DNA of 64,000 nt from the sequence record NC_031107.2; one strand, written 5' to 3'. Made by a program: the position numbers and the translations under genes. The notes beneath the pieces were generated by a model. That model saw only the letters and a list, made by a program, of their open reading frames with translations, did no database searches and had not been told where the DNA came from. This document shows, one piece after another, positions 5,107 through 15,223 of the stretch. Position 1 is the first letter of the stretch. Each line of letters starts with the position of its first letter.

Positions 5107-6078
5107 ATGCCACGTAATTACCGCCCTACTGCTGCTTCTGCTATTGATGGTTTAGTAGCCGCCCACTACAGCCGTGAAGAAGCCACCCGGATTCGTCCGT
5201 TCCTGCCTTTGCACTTTGATAACTACGTAGCGTTGCCGAGTGCGAACTACGAGTTCTGGAATGCGTACCGTGCGGTAGCCGATGCCCTGACGTACGACCG
5301 TCACAAGTTCCGTTTCTATTTCTGGCGTGACCAGGAAATGAATCACATCCCAACCAGCCCGTATGTGAAGATGCACTACGAGTCACCAACCTTTAGTGCC
5401 GAGTTTACCGTAATAGAGTTTATCCGCCACTTTGGCCAGGCTCTGTATACGGAACATGGCGGTGAAGGTCTCGGTCGTCGTTTGACCTACGTCAACGGTG
5501 GGTTGCGTGTCAAGACCCGTGTCTTGCGTGACTTGTTCGATGCCGTGGGTGCACAAGACGATGCCCAGCAATTAACCGGCCGTCGGATAATGACGCAGAG
5601 GGTAGAAGTACCGCCTCCGGCGGATACCTTTAACGTGAAAGAAGTTCTGTCAGCCTGGCGGGCAGGTGAACGCATTCATCGGACGTTACACGGAAGTCGT
5701 TTCGACCGTAAAGCCCACTGGGTGAATCCGATGCAAGACGGTTATGACATTGCCCGTTATCTCGACTTGCAAGCTATGCGCCGGGACAAAGAAATCATTA
5801 GCCGTCACGAGTTCAACCGTCTGCGCTCTGACGTGTTAACGGTACTGACGTCGCCGGATATCTTCCCAGCGTACACGATGTATCACCGTTCCTTGATTCT
5901 CAATAACCACGTCTTCGGTGAGAGCATTGACCCAACTGGGTACATGCGCTTGAACTTACCGCAAGTCGACCAGGTCTTTCCAATCGGTTACACCACACCG
6001 AAAAATACTATCAGTGTAACCATGCCAAACGACGTCTTCGATATGTTTACTCCCGAAGACTGGCACACCGTATTGTAG
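5107..6078 (+). CDS. hypothetical protein (323 aa)
   Basis: Long ORF with AAGGAG RBS; no recognisable motif. Confidence 0.8.
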   Translation: MPRNYRPTAASAIDGLVAAHYSREEATRIRPFLPLHFDNYVALPSANYEFWNAYRAVADALTYDRHKFRFYFWRDQEMNHIPTSPYVKMHYESPTFSAEFTVIEFIRHFGQALYTEHGGEGLGRRLTYVNGGLRVKTRVLRDLFDAVGAQDDAQQLTGRRIMTQRVEVPPPADTFNVKEVLSAWRAGERIHRTLHGSRFDRKAHWVNPMQDGYDIARYLDLQAMRRDKEIISRHEFNRLRSDVLTVLTSPDIFPAYTMYHRSLILNNHVFGESIDPTGYMRLNLPQVDQVFPIGYTTPKNTISVTMPNDVFDMFTPEDWHTVL

Positions 6079-6093
6079 GTGAAGTCGATGCTT

Positions 6094-6123
6094 TGGGGTC
6101 CTTTGTGGCCCCATTTTTTTTTT
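6094..6123 (+). terminator. intrinsic terminator
   Basis: TGGGGTC/GGCCCCA hairpin + T tract. Confidence 0.7.
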
Positions 6124-6165
6124 GCATTTTTACGGCTCTGCTAATAGTTATAGGAGGTAGTCGCC

Positions 6166-6573
6166 GTGAAACATACAAGCTTAAACCACATCGAGTTTTA
6201 CTCCGCCCTGAGTGACGGGCAAATCCCAACCACCTGCTTACCCGGTTGTGAATGGGAGCAACACCTTTTCCTGGATTTGATTCCCCTGTTGACAATGCAC
6301 CCAGATTACATTCACTGGTTCCAGTCTCTGTCAGCAATTAAAGCTGTAGGGTTTCGTCGTGGCCCGGATATCCCCGTTGTTGATACCGGGATTAACATCA
6401 CGCGTACCGAATGCACTTCACCCACCGAACGGTTTATCAACTCGTTTATGAAAGAGATGGCGCTGGCACTCAAAAGCAAAAGCCATCCCTATGAGGAGAT
6501 TTTCGCGGTGTTACTGGACGGGTTTTATACATTCCAACTCAAACACTATAAAACATTGTCCACCCTACATTGA
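6166..6573 (+). CDS. hypothetical protein
   Basis: GTG start after AGGAGG. Confidence 0.7.
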   Translation: MKHTSLNHIEFYSALSDGQIPTTCLPGCEWEQHLFLDLIPLLTMHPDYIHWFQSLSAIKAVGFRRGPDIPVVDTGINITRTECTSPTERFINSFMKEMALALKSKSHPYEEIFAVLLDGFYTFQLKHYKTLSTLH

Positions 6574-6641
6574 CCTTTTTTACGGCACCTACCAATCCTT
6601 TTGGGAGTCTGTGCTGTAATAGATTCCAAAGGAGACGTATC

Positions 6642-7031
6642 ATGAAGAAGAAACTGCGTCCGATGGACGTGATTATGGCTCACCCGGATTCTCTTCAGAA
6701 TATCAAGCCACGCACTGAACTCGATGCCGCACTCATCGAGATGACGTTGTGGGGTTTCACATTTCATCCGGATGAACACCACAACACGCGACATTTGGAT
6801 GTGGCCGCTGACGCGGAAATTGACTGGTCTGTACCAGACGGTTTTGACGATGTCGAAGCCTATGTTGCAAGCGCCACTCAACCTGCCCGATTCCCGGTTG
6901 CGGGTGAGGCTGAAAACATTATCTCTTTGCGCCGCTTACTTAACGCGCAGTCCGAGGTGGTTCGTGAAGGTGATGCGTGGGCTGCCGGTACCGCGTGCCA
7001 TTTGAAGAACATGTTAACCCAGGGCAGTTAA
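6642..7031 (+). CDS. hypothetical protein
   Basis: Start refined to ATG 6642 after AAAGGAGA. Confidence 0.7.
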   Translation: MKKKLRPMDVIMAHPDSLQNIKPRTELDAALIEMTLWGFTFHPDEHHNTRHLDVAADAEIDWSVPDGFDDVEAYVASATQPARFPVAGEAENIISLRRLLNAQSEVVREGDAWAAGTACHLKNMLTQGS

Positions 7032-7080
7032 AAAAGAAGTACCCCTACTCGAAAGAGTAGGGGGATGTTTCTTTTTTTCT
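7030..7080. terminator. bidirectional terminator between convergent genes
   Basis: A tract + CCCCTACTC-GAAA-GAGTAGGGG + T tract. Confidence 0.8.
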
Positions 7081-7892
7081 TACGCTTTGTAGCGTCCGCC
7101 ATTCAGATAGTTGTAACGGTTGCCCAGGTCGTCGTTGTGTACCAGTGCACGCTGCATACGCGGGAGATTATCATCAAACATCTCACCGGCATCTGAGTAC
7201 CCTTCGATGATATTACGGAAGGCACCAAACTCCATCCCGTTTTCAATCTTCCCGGCGTCCATATCGAACATCATCTTGTTATAGATTTGTTCTTTGGTAG
7301 CATAGACGGCCAGATCGGCAACCACCGGCCAGAAAGGCGCTTTGATTTCGTTCAGGTCATCGGACAGCATGAACTTCGCCATGATTTTGGTGGCGTACAC
7401 AAACATACCAGGATCTTTGATACGGATGACATTCGGCCCCAACACTTTACATTCTGGGGAACCGATACGCGGCATTGCAGACTGGCTATCCACCACCTGT
7501 TGAGTCGAGGCCATTATCCCGGACGTTGCACCGTCAAGATATGAACCTGCGGGCGGTAGCGTGTACGCCTGCCCGGCGACCGGAGTGACCGCGAGATGTG
7601 CATCAATAAGCGGACGACCACCGGTTTTGATGTCGTCGATGTAATAGACACGACTGTAGTAGTCTTGCGTATCGTTTTCAAAGGCGACCCCCTGTAAGTC
7701 AATCTCGGTGTATTGACCCATGCGGGAGACCTCAGGGATCAGATACTCTTTAAAGACCTTTTCCATAATCTCATTATCCAGAGACGAGGCGATGCCAAGC
7801 AGGCGCATGTTCTCCGGCACAAACGCAGCCCGTAAAATGGGCTCCGGTATTTTCCGACGTACACGCCGGAGGCAATAATCGATAACACTCAT
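7080..7892 (-). CDS. conserved phiKZ-like phage protein (likely virion-associated)
   Basis: 270-aa ORF from MSVIDYCL; isolated minus-strand gene upstream of the DNA polymerase region, as recalled for phiKZ-like phages. Confidence 0.7.
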   Translation of the reverse strand: MSVIDYCLRRVRRKIPEPILRAAFVPENMRLLGIASSLDNEIMEKVFKEYLIPEVSRMGQYTEIDLQGVAFENDTQDYYSRVYYIDDIKTGGRPLIDAHLAVTPVAGQAYTLPPAGSYLDGATSGIMASTQQVVDSQSAMPRIGSPECKVLGPNVIRIKDPGMFVYATKIMAKFMLSDDLNEIKAPFWPVVADLAVYATKEQIYNKMMFDMDAGKIENGMEFGAFRNIIEGYSDAGEMFDDNLPRMQRALVHNDDLGNRYNYLNGGRYKA

Positions 7893-8013
7893 TCTAGAGC
7901 TCCTGTGAAGCACGTACGACGATTCATAGCATCGGGTAATGCAGTGTATACTGCCAATAAAAAATACGCGTAGCGCCCTTCCTGTGCGCACCATACTCGA
8001 AGATATTTTGCAT

Positions 8014-8030
8014 AGATATTATCTTCGTGA
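8014..8030 (+). promoter_or_regulatory. putative phage early promoter
   Basis: AGATATTATCTTCGTGA; the motif recurs upstream of chimallin and nvRNAP genes and resembles the phiKZ early TATATTAC element. Confidence 0.6.
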
Positions 8031-8052
8031 AGTTCCCCTTAAGGAGTATTAA

Positions 8053-8376
8053 ATGACGCGCGTGTTTTTCAATTTTCGATTAGACGTGAGTCACATTCTT
8101 GATACCAGTCCGGAACTAACCTTGCTCTGTATGCAAGAGTTAATCTTTCCTGGACTTCATGACTTACCGTCTGAGCAATTAAGCATTGCCGAAAGATATT
8201 TCGGCTCGGAAGCGTGGTACACGATCTCGGCACTCGGTCCATACCATCGTAATCCTTTCCTTTATAATAACGGAGTTGTGCAAACGTGGTCAGAATTCAC
8301 CTCGAGCCAAATGCGGTTCATAATTGCTTCTGGAGCGCAGTGGAATCATCCTCATATGCTACCACTTTGCGGATGA
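8053..8376 (+). CDS. hypothetical protein
   Basis: AAGGAG RBS; first gene after the promoter motif. Confidence 0.7.
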   Translation: MTRVFFNFRLDVSHILDTSPELTLLCMQELIFPGLHDLPSEQLSIAERYFGSEAWYTISALGPYHRNPFLYNNGVVQTWSEFTSSQMRFIIASGAQWNHPHMLPLCG

Positions 8377-8939
8377 CACCCCAAGAGAAGCAGACTGTTA
8401 CTGTACAGCTACTTCACACAGCACTGGAAGATATCTTCTACTCCATTCCTGAACAACCAAACTGTCGTTTACCGGATCATCTGGAACCGTTTGTGGATGC
8501 GTTTGATTTGTCAATGGCATTAGTCGCTGACCAACTCATCGCCCCACCGAAACGGATTCAGCGCCGGACAATGATGGTTTCCCATGACGGGTTGGGTTCG
8601 TCACCAATGGGATATAATCGTCAGGAAGTCGCGGTGTTAAAACCAACGCGTTATCTGTTGGGGATAGCGTTTGAACCTTGCTACGATGTGTTTCTCGATG
8701 AAGTCGAGAACGTTATCAAAGCTGCGTTCATTGCCGCGAAGCAGCCGTTCAATCGTTACGCGACGGTAGAGGTTGAACCTCATCTTACCCCGCGTGGTCA
8801 AGTGGCCTCACTGGAGCTCAAAATTGGAGAGGACATCAGATTCATCCACTACCGCAAGTCCTTCCCAAACAAAAGATATCGTCCACATGACGCTCATCGA
8901 CCATATCGCGAGCAAGGCGTATCTGAGGATTTTGAATGA
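8373..8939 (+). CDS. hypothetical protein
   Basis: ATGA overlap with the previous stop; start refined to 8373. Confidence 0.7.
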   Translation: MTPQEKQTVTVQLLHTALEDIFYSIPEQPNCRLPDHLEPFVDAFDLSMALVADQLIAPPKRIQRRTMMVSHDGLGSSPMGYNRQEVAVLKPTRYLLGIAFEPCYDVFLDEVENVIKAAFIAAKQPFNRYATVEVEPHLTPRGQVASLELKIGEDIRFIHYRKSFPNKRYRPHDAHRPYREQGVSEDFE

Positions 8940-9255
8940 TGATGTGCTGGTTCGTCGGGAAGGTTACGACGTGCAGCAAATCAAACACATTATCCTGGAC
9001 TTGATTGAGTATTTCGTGGGCAATGTAACAGAACACGGTGCATGGGACAGTCGTGTCGTGGCGGCTATCGTAAATTGTTACCGGCGTTCTACCGCTGCCG
9101 AAGTAAGCATGATGGCAGTACATGTCCGTCAGGCCATGAGTGAGGAAATGGGCATTCCTCTCAAAGGCTGGCGATATCACTACCGGATAGTGGGTAGGTT
9201 TATCCGCTTTATCCCTCGGAAGATGACTGACATTTATGATGACTATCTACCTTGA
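8887..9255 (+). CDS. hypothetical protein
   Basis: Start refined to 8887; overlaps both neighbours. Confidence 0.6.
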   Translation: MTLIDHIASKAYLRILNDDVLVRREGYDVQQIKHIILDLIEYFVGNVTEHGAWDSRVVAAIVNCYRRSTAAEVSMMAVHVRQAMSEEMGIPLKGWRYHYRIVGRFIRFIPRKMTDIYDDYLP

Positions 9256-9631
9256 CTTTCCGCACACCTATACGGAAATCATGTCGATTGTCAAGAAGTT
9301 TGCGTACAAGGGTTATCTGGATGTATCGGATACAGTTGATTACTATCTCGAGCAACTTATCCGGTTGGAGGTTATGCGACGTCGTCATGACATTGCGTAC
9401 CCCATACTCCGTGATATCTTTGGCGATATGGTAAGACGGCACCCGATACTTGACCCTAACGAAGAATACTTCAACAGTCGAGCAATCGAAACTTATTTAC
9501 AGCATTCCACTCGTTTATGGGAATTAGTGGAACAGGAGTTGACCATGCTCCCCAGTTCTGATTTTCTGCTCTGGCATGTGGAGTTCGGAATCTGGAAAAT
9601 GTATACAGCAGGAGTGACCCATGTTGGATAG
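9236..9631 (+). CDS. hypothetical protein
   Basis: Coupled ORF in a tight cluster. Confidence 0.65.
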   Translation: MMTIYLDFPHTYTEIMSIVKKFAYKGYLDVSDTVDYYLEQLIRLEVMRRRHDIAYPILRDIFGDMVRRHPILDPNEEYFNSRAIETYLQHSTRLWELVEQELTMLPSSDFLLWHVEFGIWKMYTAGVTHVG

Positions 9632-10130
9632 CGAATATTTCTTTATCCCGGACTACCAGCTTATCTGCGGTCCGCTCTCGGAGTTCGATCCCAATGCCGT
9701 TCTTCGAGAGGTGAATGATGACCTGAACAGCATCATCAATTTGGCGATGTCGTTTGTGGAAAAGGGTACCATTGGGGACAACGTGGGATTCAGTATGCCG
9801 AAGACGTTTGACTACGTGGCGCGTGAACTGAACTCCCACGGCTACGTCATCGAAGGTGACGCAGTGATTGAGTACGCTGTCGCTATTCAGGAAGTCGGCA
9901 AAGCGTTTATGACCGCCGTGTCTAACCACCCGTATTGGTTTACTCGATACGGAACCTGGGTAGGTGCGCGATACGGTGCGAAAAGTCGCACCGGGGGTGT
10001 TGAGTTTCTGCTGCGTTATTCCATGCAGAAGTTTCCACAATACGAACAACCAGGGATGGCTGAGCGTGTGACGCCAACATTACTGGCAGTAATCGAAATG
10101 CTGTTTGGTAATCTTGGAGGGAAGCTATGA
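9621..10130 (+). CDS. hypothetical protein
   Basis: AGGAG RBS; overlaps the previous stop. Confidence 0.7.
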   Translation: MLDSEYFFIPDYQLICGPLSEFDPNAVLREVNDDLNSIINLAMSFVEKGTIGDNVGFSMPKTFDYVARELNSHGYVIEGDAVIEYAVAIQEVGKAFMTAVSNHPYWFTRYGTWVGARYGAKSRTGGVEFLLRYSMQKFPQYEQPGMAERVTPTLLAVIEMLFGNLGGKL

Positions 10131-10717
10131 GACTCATTTACGACGTGCCCAACGAAGTCAACCGTTATGGCTCGTTAAAGTTCTTTGAGAATGTGCGCGA
10201 TAACGTCCTCGGTTGTATCGAGGCCGGAAATCTGGAAATTGCTGAACACAACATTCGGCAGTTCTATCAGGACTATGCCTGGGCGTACATCATTGCTACC
10301 AAGTACCGCAACCCAGACATGCTTGACAGTTTGCTGATGCACATGACCTGTAACCCGATTGGGAACTGGAATCCGCAATGCGACTCATCCGGCATGGAAA
10401 TTCAATTAGGTGCGAATCCCGGTGATAAGCTGTTGCCACAACACATGCTTATTATCGATGATGCGTTCTCAGAAACCGAAGACGAGAGCAGCACGTTTCT
10501 CTGTGCCGAAGACAGCGATGAGCTAAATCATTTCGCTGCATTGGTGGCAGCGAAGGAGCAACTAACAAAAGAGCTATCTACCCGAACCGGGTTAGCTGCT
10601 CTGATTGAATCGATGTTACCAGGCGAAATCGTCAGTTACATCGGGGAATCATTTGAAGGTATGGTGGTGATCTGCAATGAAACTTTACTTGGACGTGGCG
10701 GAAATCTACAACTTTGA
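10127..10717 (+). CDS. hypothetical protein
   Basis: ATGA overlap; GGAGG RBS. Confidence 0.7.
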   Translation: MRLIYDVPNEVNRYGSLKFFENVRDNVLGCIEAGNLEIAEHNIRQFYQDYAWAYIIATKYRNPDMLDSLLMHMTCNPIGNWNPQCDSSGMEIQLGANPGDKLLPQHMLIIDDAFSETEDESSTFLCAEDSDELNHFAALVAAKEQLTKELSTRTGLAALIESMLPGEIVSYIGESFEGMVVICNETLLGRGGNLQL

Positions 10718-11108
10718 TGAGCTGATTGAACGGGCACACCTCGCGAACGAGAACGAGGTGGAGCCCGCTATCGCTTATTTATTTCTGGCGAAGTACGCCG
10801 AAGAAACCGTGCGTTCTATTGCAAAGCGTGCCGGTGAGGGTGAAGGGTTCTTAACCTTTATTGCACCTGAGCCTCATCTTATTGTGACGCAGTTATCCCA
10901 AATGTGGGGTCGCGAGAAGGTGGTACCGTTGCTGATGTCGCACATGTCGTGGAAGATTAGCGAAGACGTTCAGTTTACCCGTATCCTCAATACTGTGGAG
11001 CGGATGTGGACAGAAACCGGTCTTCCGCGAGAAGAAGCGGCTAAACGCACCCAGGTCTCTCTCCTTATGAAAGAGATAGGTAGTGCAACCATTTGCGTAG
11101 AATGTTAA
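10677..11108 (+). CDS. hypothetical protein
   Basis: Overlapping coupled ORF. Confidence 0.65.
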   Translation: MKLYLDVAEIYNFDELIERAHLANENEVEPAIAYLFLAKYAEETVRSIAKRAGEGEGFLTFIAPEPHLIVTQLSQMWGREKVVPLLMSHMSWKISEDVQFTRILNTVERMWTETGLPREEAAKRTQVSLLMKEIGSATICVEC

Positions 11109-11117
11109 GGGGCGAAG

Positions 11118-11714
11118 ATGTTATATAGGGTGAGAGCGAACCACCTTATTTGCGTCGACTTAGGTGTGCTGGGTTATGTAAACGATGGCGAATGGTTCTT
11201 GCAGCGGGTAATTCAATACATCCGCAGCATCCCCCGACTCCATATCAGTTTACCGGTGGAAGAATTGAATGAAGCGGAGCTCCACCGGAATACCGGTTGG
11301 GCGCTGTTGTCTTCCACACGGGAACTGCGTTTCCCTGGCACCCGTTCAGATTTCCATCAGCTGAGCGAATACCTGAGGACGTTGAATGTTGAGTACCGTC
11401 GCTGGAAGTTTGACGAGATGATGGAAAGCGGGTCACCGAGTGTCGTGTTCGATGACCTGAAACCGTTGTTGGCTGTCTACGAACAGTGTAAGACTCAGGG
11501 TGAATCTGCGTGGGATGTCCTGCGCGAATATGCCAATGGTTTGATGCTGCAGGCCATCTGTGATGCAGTCAAGGAACATTTCGCCGAACCGATGGATATG
11601 TTTATGACCGTACACAAAGACCAAGTCAAGAGCTTCGACCTGTACATTCACTTTCCGGTGGAAGGGATGTCGGCACTTGATTTGAAGTTGATGGTAGATG
11701 TCCCGGAGGAGTGA
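11118..11714 (+). CDS. hypothetical protein
   Basis: AAGGGG RBS; 198 aa. Confidence 0.7.
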   Translation: MLYRVRANHLICVDLGVLGYVNDGEWFLQRVIQYIRSIPRLHISLPVEELNEAELHRNTGWALLSSTRELRFPGTRSDFHQLSEYLRTLNVEYRRWKFDEMMESGSPSVVFDDLKPLLAVYEQCKTQGESAWDVLREYANGLMLQAICDAVKEHFAEPMDMFMTVHKDQVKSFDLYIHFPVEGMSALDLKLMVDVPEE

Positions 11715-12124
11715 TGTACGACGTTAAGAGTATCGAACCGGGGAGCGTGATAAACATCGTTTATGACACCCCGCTAAAAGGCAATGAATCCCGCGTATTG
11801 GTGCTGGCCTCCAACGTGGGCTTCGACCTGGCGAAAACGTATATGGATGTGCGAGCCGAACAGAAGAACATCTATTCTTCTCTCGTCGCACAACCGGATG
11901 ACGATCCGACCAAATACACCTACCTGCTGTTTAAAGGTGCGGATGGCAAACCAACGGTTGCGGCAGATGCGTGGATTCGTAATGTCGCTATCGTGCAGAC
12001 CATCCAGGTACAGTTCAAAGTGACCCTGGATAACAAACAGGAAATCGATGACCTGAAACTGGCACTGGCAGCGCGCGGGTTCAATGATGTGAAGTTTGAA
12101 ATCATTGAAAACGTGGCAGGTTAA
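11714..12124 (+). CDS. conserved small protein upstream of DNA polymerase (phiKZ gp49-like by synteny)
   Basis: GGAGGA RBS; beta-rich 136 aa; position matches the recalled phiKZ order. Confidence 0.65.
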   Translation: MYDVKSIEPGSVINIVYDTPLKGNESRVLVLASNVGFDLAKTYMDVRAEQKNIYSSLVAQPDDDPTKYTYLLFKGADGKPTVAADAWIRNVAIVQTIQVQFKVTLDNKQEIDDLKLALAARGFNDVKFEIIENVAG

Positions 12125-12130
12125 GATTGA

Positions 12131-12167
12131 CCCACTCTTCGGAGTGGGCTTTCTTTTTTTCTTTTTT
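12131..12167 (+). terminator. intrinsic terminator
   Basis: CCCACTC-TTCG-GAGTGGG + T tract; core identical to 4970-4987. Confidence 0.85.
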
Positions 12168-12215
12168 CACGTATCTGACCAGTCTTATAGCTGAGAATAC
12201 ACCAAGGGGCCAGAC

Positions 12216-14501
12216 GTGGAATACAACTCACCATTTCGTCTATCGCAAGACGAATACCATCGAGATATCGACATTATCGATGCGTACTACGAACAGTTGG
12301 CCTTATACATCCACACCGTAACTGCCGGTAAATACTCGATTGAGTTTTGCCGTGAGCAAGTTGAAGATATGTTCAAGCCGGGCGGCGAACTGCTGCATGA
12401 ATTTCCGGTTTGTAAGATGTGGGTGCGCAACCAAAAGACCGGCGACCGCGAAGAGAAATACACCACGGTTGACCGCCTGTTCCGTACAGTAATTGACAAG
12501 CAAATTATTTCGGCCCCGTCATTGACCTTCTACGTGCCTGAGCATGTTAAGCGTTCTAAGCTTGCGGAGTTTACCGCAGAGAACGTGCGTAAACGTGCCG
12601 TGGTAAAGAAAGAAATGTACGTGGCCGCCGCAGCGGGTAACGAAGTCTTAAAGATTAACAAAAAGAACGAACAGAACGCCGTTAAGACTTTGAACAACGG
12701 GATGTCGGGCGCGTTCTCGTCACCGTACACCGTTATCTTTAACCAGTCTTCGCACTCGGTACTGACATCTACCTGTCGTACAGCGACCTCGTTTGGTAAT
12801 GCCGGTAACGAACGTTTGTTGGGTGGTCGTCGTCACTACGACACTCCGTCGCGTGTTCTGGATCACTTCCTGTCTATCGGTACCCTTACCGACTGGATTG
12901 GATTCAAAGAGTGCATGGACAAATACAACCTGCACTATCCAACCGTCGACGAAGTCATGGAAGTGGTGGAGCATTCTGCGAAAGATTACTTCATCAACCC
13001 AGAAGGCATGGCGTTCATTCGTCAGTACGCCACTAACACAACTGCACTGACGCGTGCAGCGTTCGTGTACATGGGCGACTTCTATCACCTGGCCAAGTAC
13101 AACGATCAATTCATGCGTGGGTTTATCGGTGCGTTGATTGCCGAGGAGATGGAAGACGAAATCACGGATTGGGACGCCGCTGAGAAATCGATTGATGGGG
13201 ACATGGAGATTATTATCTCTCAGTTCCGCACTGATATCGTGCCGCTCGGTAAGTCGTTCTCTGATGTGAAGTTAAAAGATGAAGACACGAACAAAGCTGA
13301 GCCGTGGGACAAGCAGGACAAATACAAAGAGCTGATTCGCTCTGCGGTGTACCTGCAGAAAACCATTGGGCAGTATGCGTGTTTGATTAAGAATATCCTG
13401 ACCACCAAAAACCTGCCGATTAACATCGCCAGGATGCCTGATGTGGTACGTAGCGTGGGTGTAGTATCTGATACCGACTCCACGATGATGACCGCACAGT
13501 GGTGGGCAAAGTGGTACACCGGTAAGCACTATGGGGTTGAAGCAACCCGTGTTTCTGATGCGATGATTTACCTGACGACGCAACACCTGCGCCATTTAAT
13601 GGCCAGTATGTCAGCGAACATCGGTGTGGCAAAAGAGCGTCTGTTCCTGTACGCAATGAAGAACGAGTACAAGTTCGACTCCTTTGCACTGACCACCAAA
13701 GCTAAGCACTACTTCTCCATTATTACCGGACAGGAAGGCCAGCTGAAGAAAGACCCAGAGCTCGAAGTGAAGGGTGTGTCTCTGCGTACGTCTAACATTC
13801 CGCCGGTTATCATGAAAGAGTTCAAACGCACTATTAAAGAACTCTGTAAGATTGTAGCGCGTGGCGATAAAATTGAAATCATCCCACTGCTGGAAAAAGT
13901 CGCCGGTATTGAACACACCGTGGCCGACTCCATCCGTAGTGGTAATGCGGGTTATCTGAAAACCACCAACATCAAGGAACGTACCGCCTACAACGAGAAC
14001 GACGAGAAGAACTATCACTACCACCGCTTCTACAACGAAGTCTTTGGGCCGAAGTTTGGCTTTATCGGCGAACCACCGTATGATGCGGTAAAACTGCCGG
14101 TGAGTCTGCAGACCAAGACAGCGGTAAAAGAGTGGCTGGAGTCGATTAAAGATCCGATGATTAAAGCTTCGGCTACCCAGTGGTTTGAAGCGAACAACTT
14201 CCGTACTTACCGTACACTGATTCTGCCAGAGCACCTGGTAGAGAACTACGGCATTCCACAGGAGCTGATCGATGTCGCGGATATCCGTCGTACTGCATTT
14301 GCAACAGTAGAACCTTACTACCACATCCTGGAATGTCTGGGTGTGTTCATGATGGATAAGAACCGTACCCGTCTGCTGTCGGATTACTACGGCGAATCGT
14401 TGGATGCGGAGTTGGCTGAGGAACTGGCAGCTATCACCTATGTTAAGAATGATGAGCGTGAGGATGAAGACGAAGATGAGGACGAGGGTGGTGAAGAATA
14501 A
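12216..14501 (+). CDS. family B DNA polymerase, catalytic (motif B/C) subunit of a split enzyme (phiKZ gp50-like)
   Basis: KTLNNGMSG (motif B), VSDTDS (motif C), AMKNE, KHY and LEVKGV; lacks exonuclease motifs and motif A; acidic C-tail. Confidence 0.85.
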   Translation: MEYNSPFRLSQDEYHRDIDIIDAYYEQLALYIHTVTAGKYSIEFCREQVEDMFKPGGELLHEFPVCKMWVRNQKTGDREEKYTTVDRLFRTVIDKQIISAPSLTFYVPEHVKRSKLAEFTAENVRKRAVVKKEMYVAAAAGNEVLKINKKNEQNAVKTLNNGMSGAFSSPYTVIFNQSSHSVLTSTCRTATSFGNAGNERLLGGRRHYDTPSRVLDHFLSIGTLTDWIGFKECMDKYNLHYPTVDEVMEVVEHSAKDYFINPEGMAFIRQYATNTTALTRAAFVYMGDFYHLAKYNDQFMRGFIGALIAEEMEDEITDWDAAEKSIDGDMEIIISQFRTDIVPLGKSFSDVKLKDEDTNKAEPWDKQDKYKELIRSAVYLQKTIGQYACLIKNILTTKNLPINIARMPDVVRSVGVVSDTDSTMMTAQWWAKWYTGKHYGVEATRVSDAMIYLTTQHLRHLMASMSANIGVAKERLFLYAMKNEYKFDSFALTTKAKHYFSIITGQEGQLKKDPELEVKGVSLRTSNIPPVIMKEFKRTIKELCKIVARGDKIEIIPLLEKVAGIEHTVADSIRSGNAGYLKTTNIKERTAYNENDEKNYHYHRFYNEVFGPKFGFIGEPPYDAVKLPVSLQTKTAVKEWLESIKDPMIKASATQWFEANNFRTYRTLILPEHLVENYGIPQELIDVADIRRTAFATVEPYYHILECLGVFMMDKNRTRLLSDYYGESLDAELAEELAAITYVKNDEREDEDEDEDEGGEE

Positions 14502-14689
14502 TGTACCGTAATCCGGCTATCGCATCTGCAATGATAAACGAAATCCGTAAAGACCTGGAAGACCGGAACTGTACGGAAATCACTTTACATCGTGGCGGTG
14601 AGTTCATTCACATCACCGCTATCGATCCCAAGAAGAAACGCCAGATAAGCGTTTACGGCCAGCCGTACTTGGCACAGGAGAATAAATGA
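14501..14689 (+). CDS. small hypothetical protein
   Basis: TAATG overlap with the polymerase stop. Confidence 0.6.
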   Translation: MYRNPAIASAMINEIRKDLEDRNCTEITLHRGGEFIHITAIDPKKKRQISVYGQPYLAQENK

Positions 14690-15147
14690 AAGAGGATGAG
14701 AAGCCGTCCGCGAATATTCCGGACTACCGGATTCCCCTCGGTATGGTGATTGAACAGCGAGGTGGTAAAGGAACAGCTGTTACTGTTACCTACCATCCAA
14801 GCTCGCCGGTGGGGCGTCAGCTATTAAAAGAAATGGACTACCGTTACGTCGCCCTGCTCGATAGGGATGAGGGCGATGTGCCGGAATACGATGACTGCTA
14901 CTTCACCAAAGAGCAGGCTATCGTCGAAATGCTAAACGCCCTCCCCTGGACACGGAATCAGTTCCGCCTGCATGACGGGTATGTGGGTGTGGAAGTGCAT
15001 GGCCCGAACACTATCATCGACATGGACTTTATTGTCATGGATAAGCAGGGGCGGACACGGCTACACCGTTTCACCGATGAGAACATCGCGAGTATTTGTA
15101 AAGATCTCGGCGTGCAGTTCTATCAGGCGAAAAAAAGAAAGGGATAA
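14686..15147 (+). CDS. hypothetical protein
   Basis: AGGAG RBS; ATGA overlap. Confidence 0.7.
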   Translation: MKEDEKPSANIPDYRIPLGMVIEQRGGKGTAVTVTYHPSSPVGRQLLKEMDYRYVALLDRDEGDVPEYDDCYFTKEQAIVEMLNALPWTRNQFRLHDGYVGVEVHGPNTIIDMDFIVMDKQGRTRLHRFTDENIASICKDLGVQFYQAKKRKG

Positions 15148-15223
15148 CCCTACACCGAAGTGTAGAGTTATTTACCTATTATATGGGAGATTCGAAAGAA
15201 TCTTTGCTGGGAGAGGGTAAGTG

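Noticed and set aside
5107-6078. PhuZ tubulin candidate (size and position similar)
   Set aside because: No GGGTGS/T signature or tubulin motifs.
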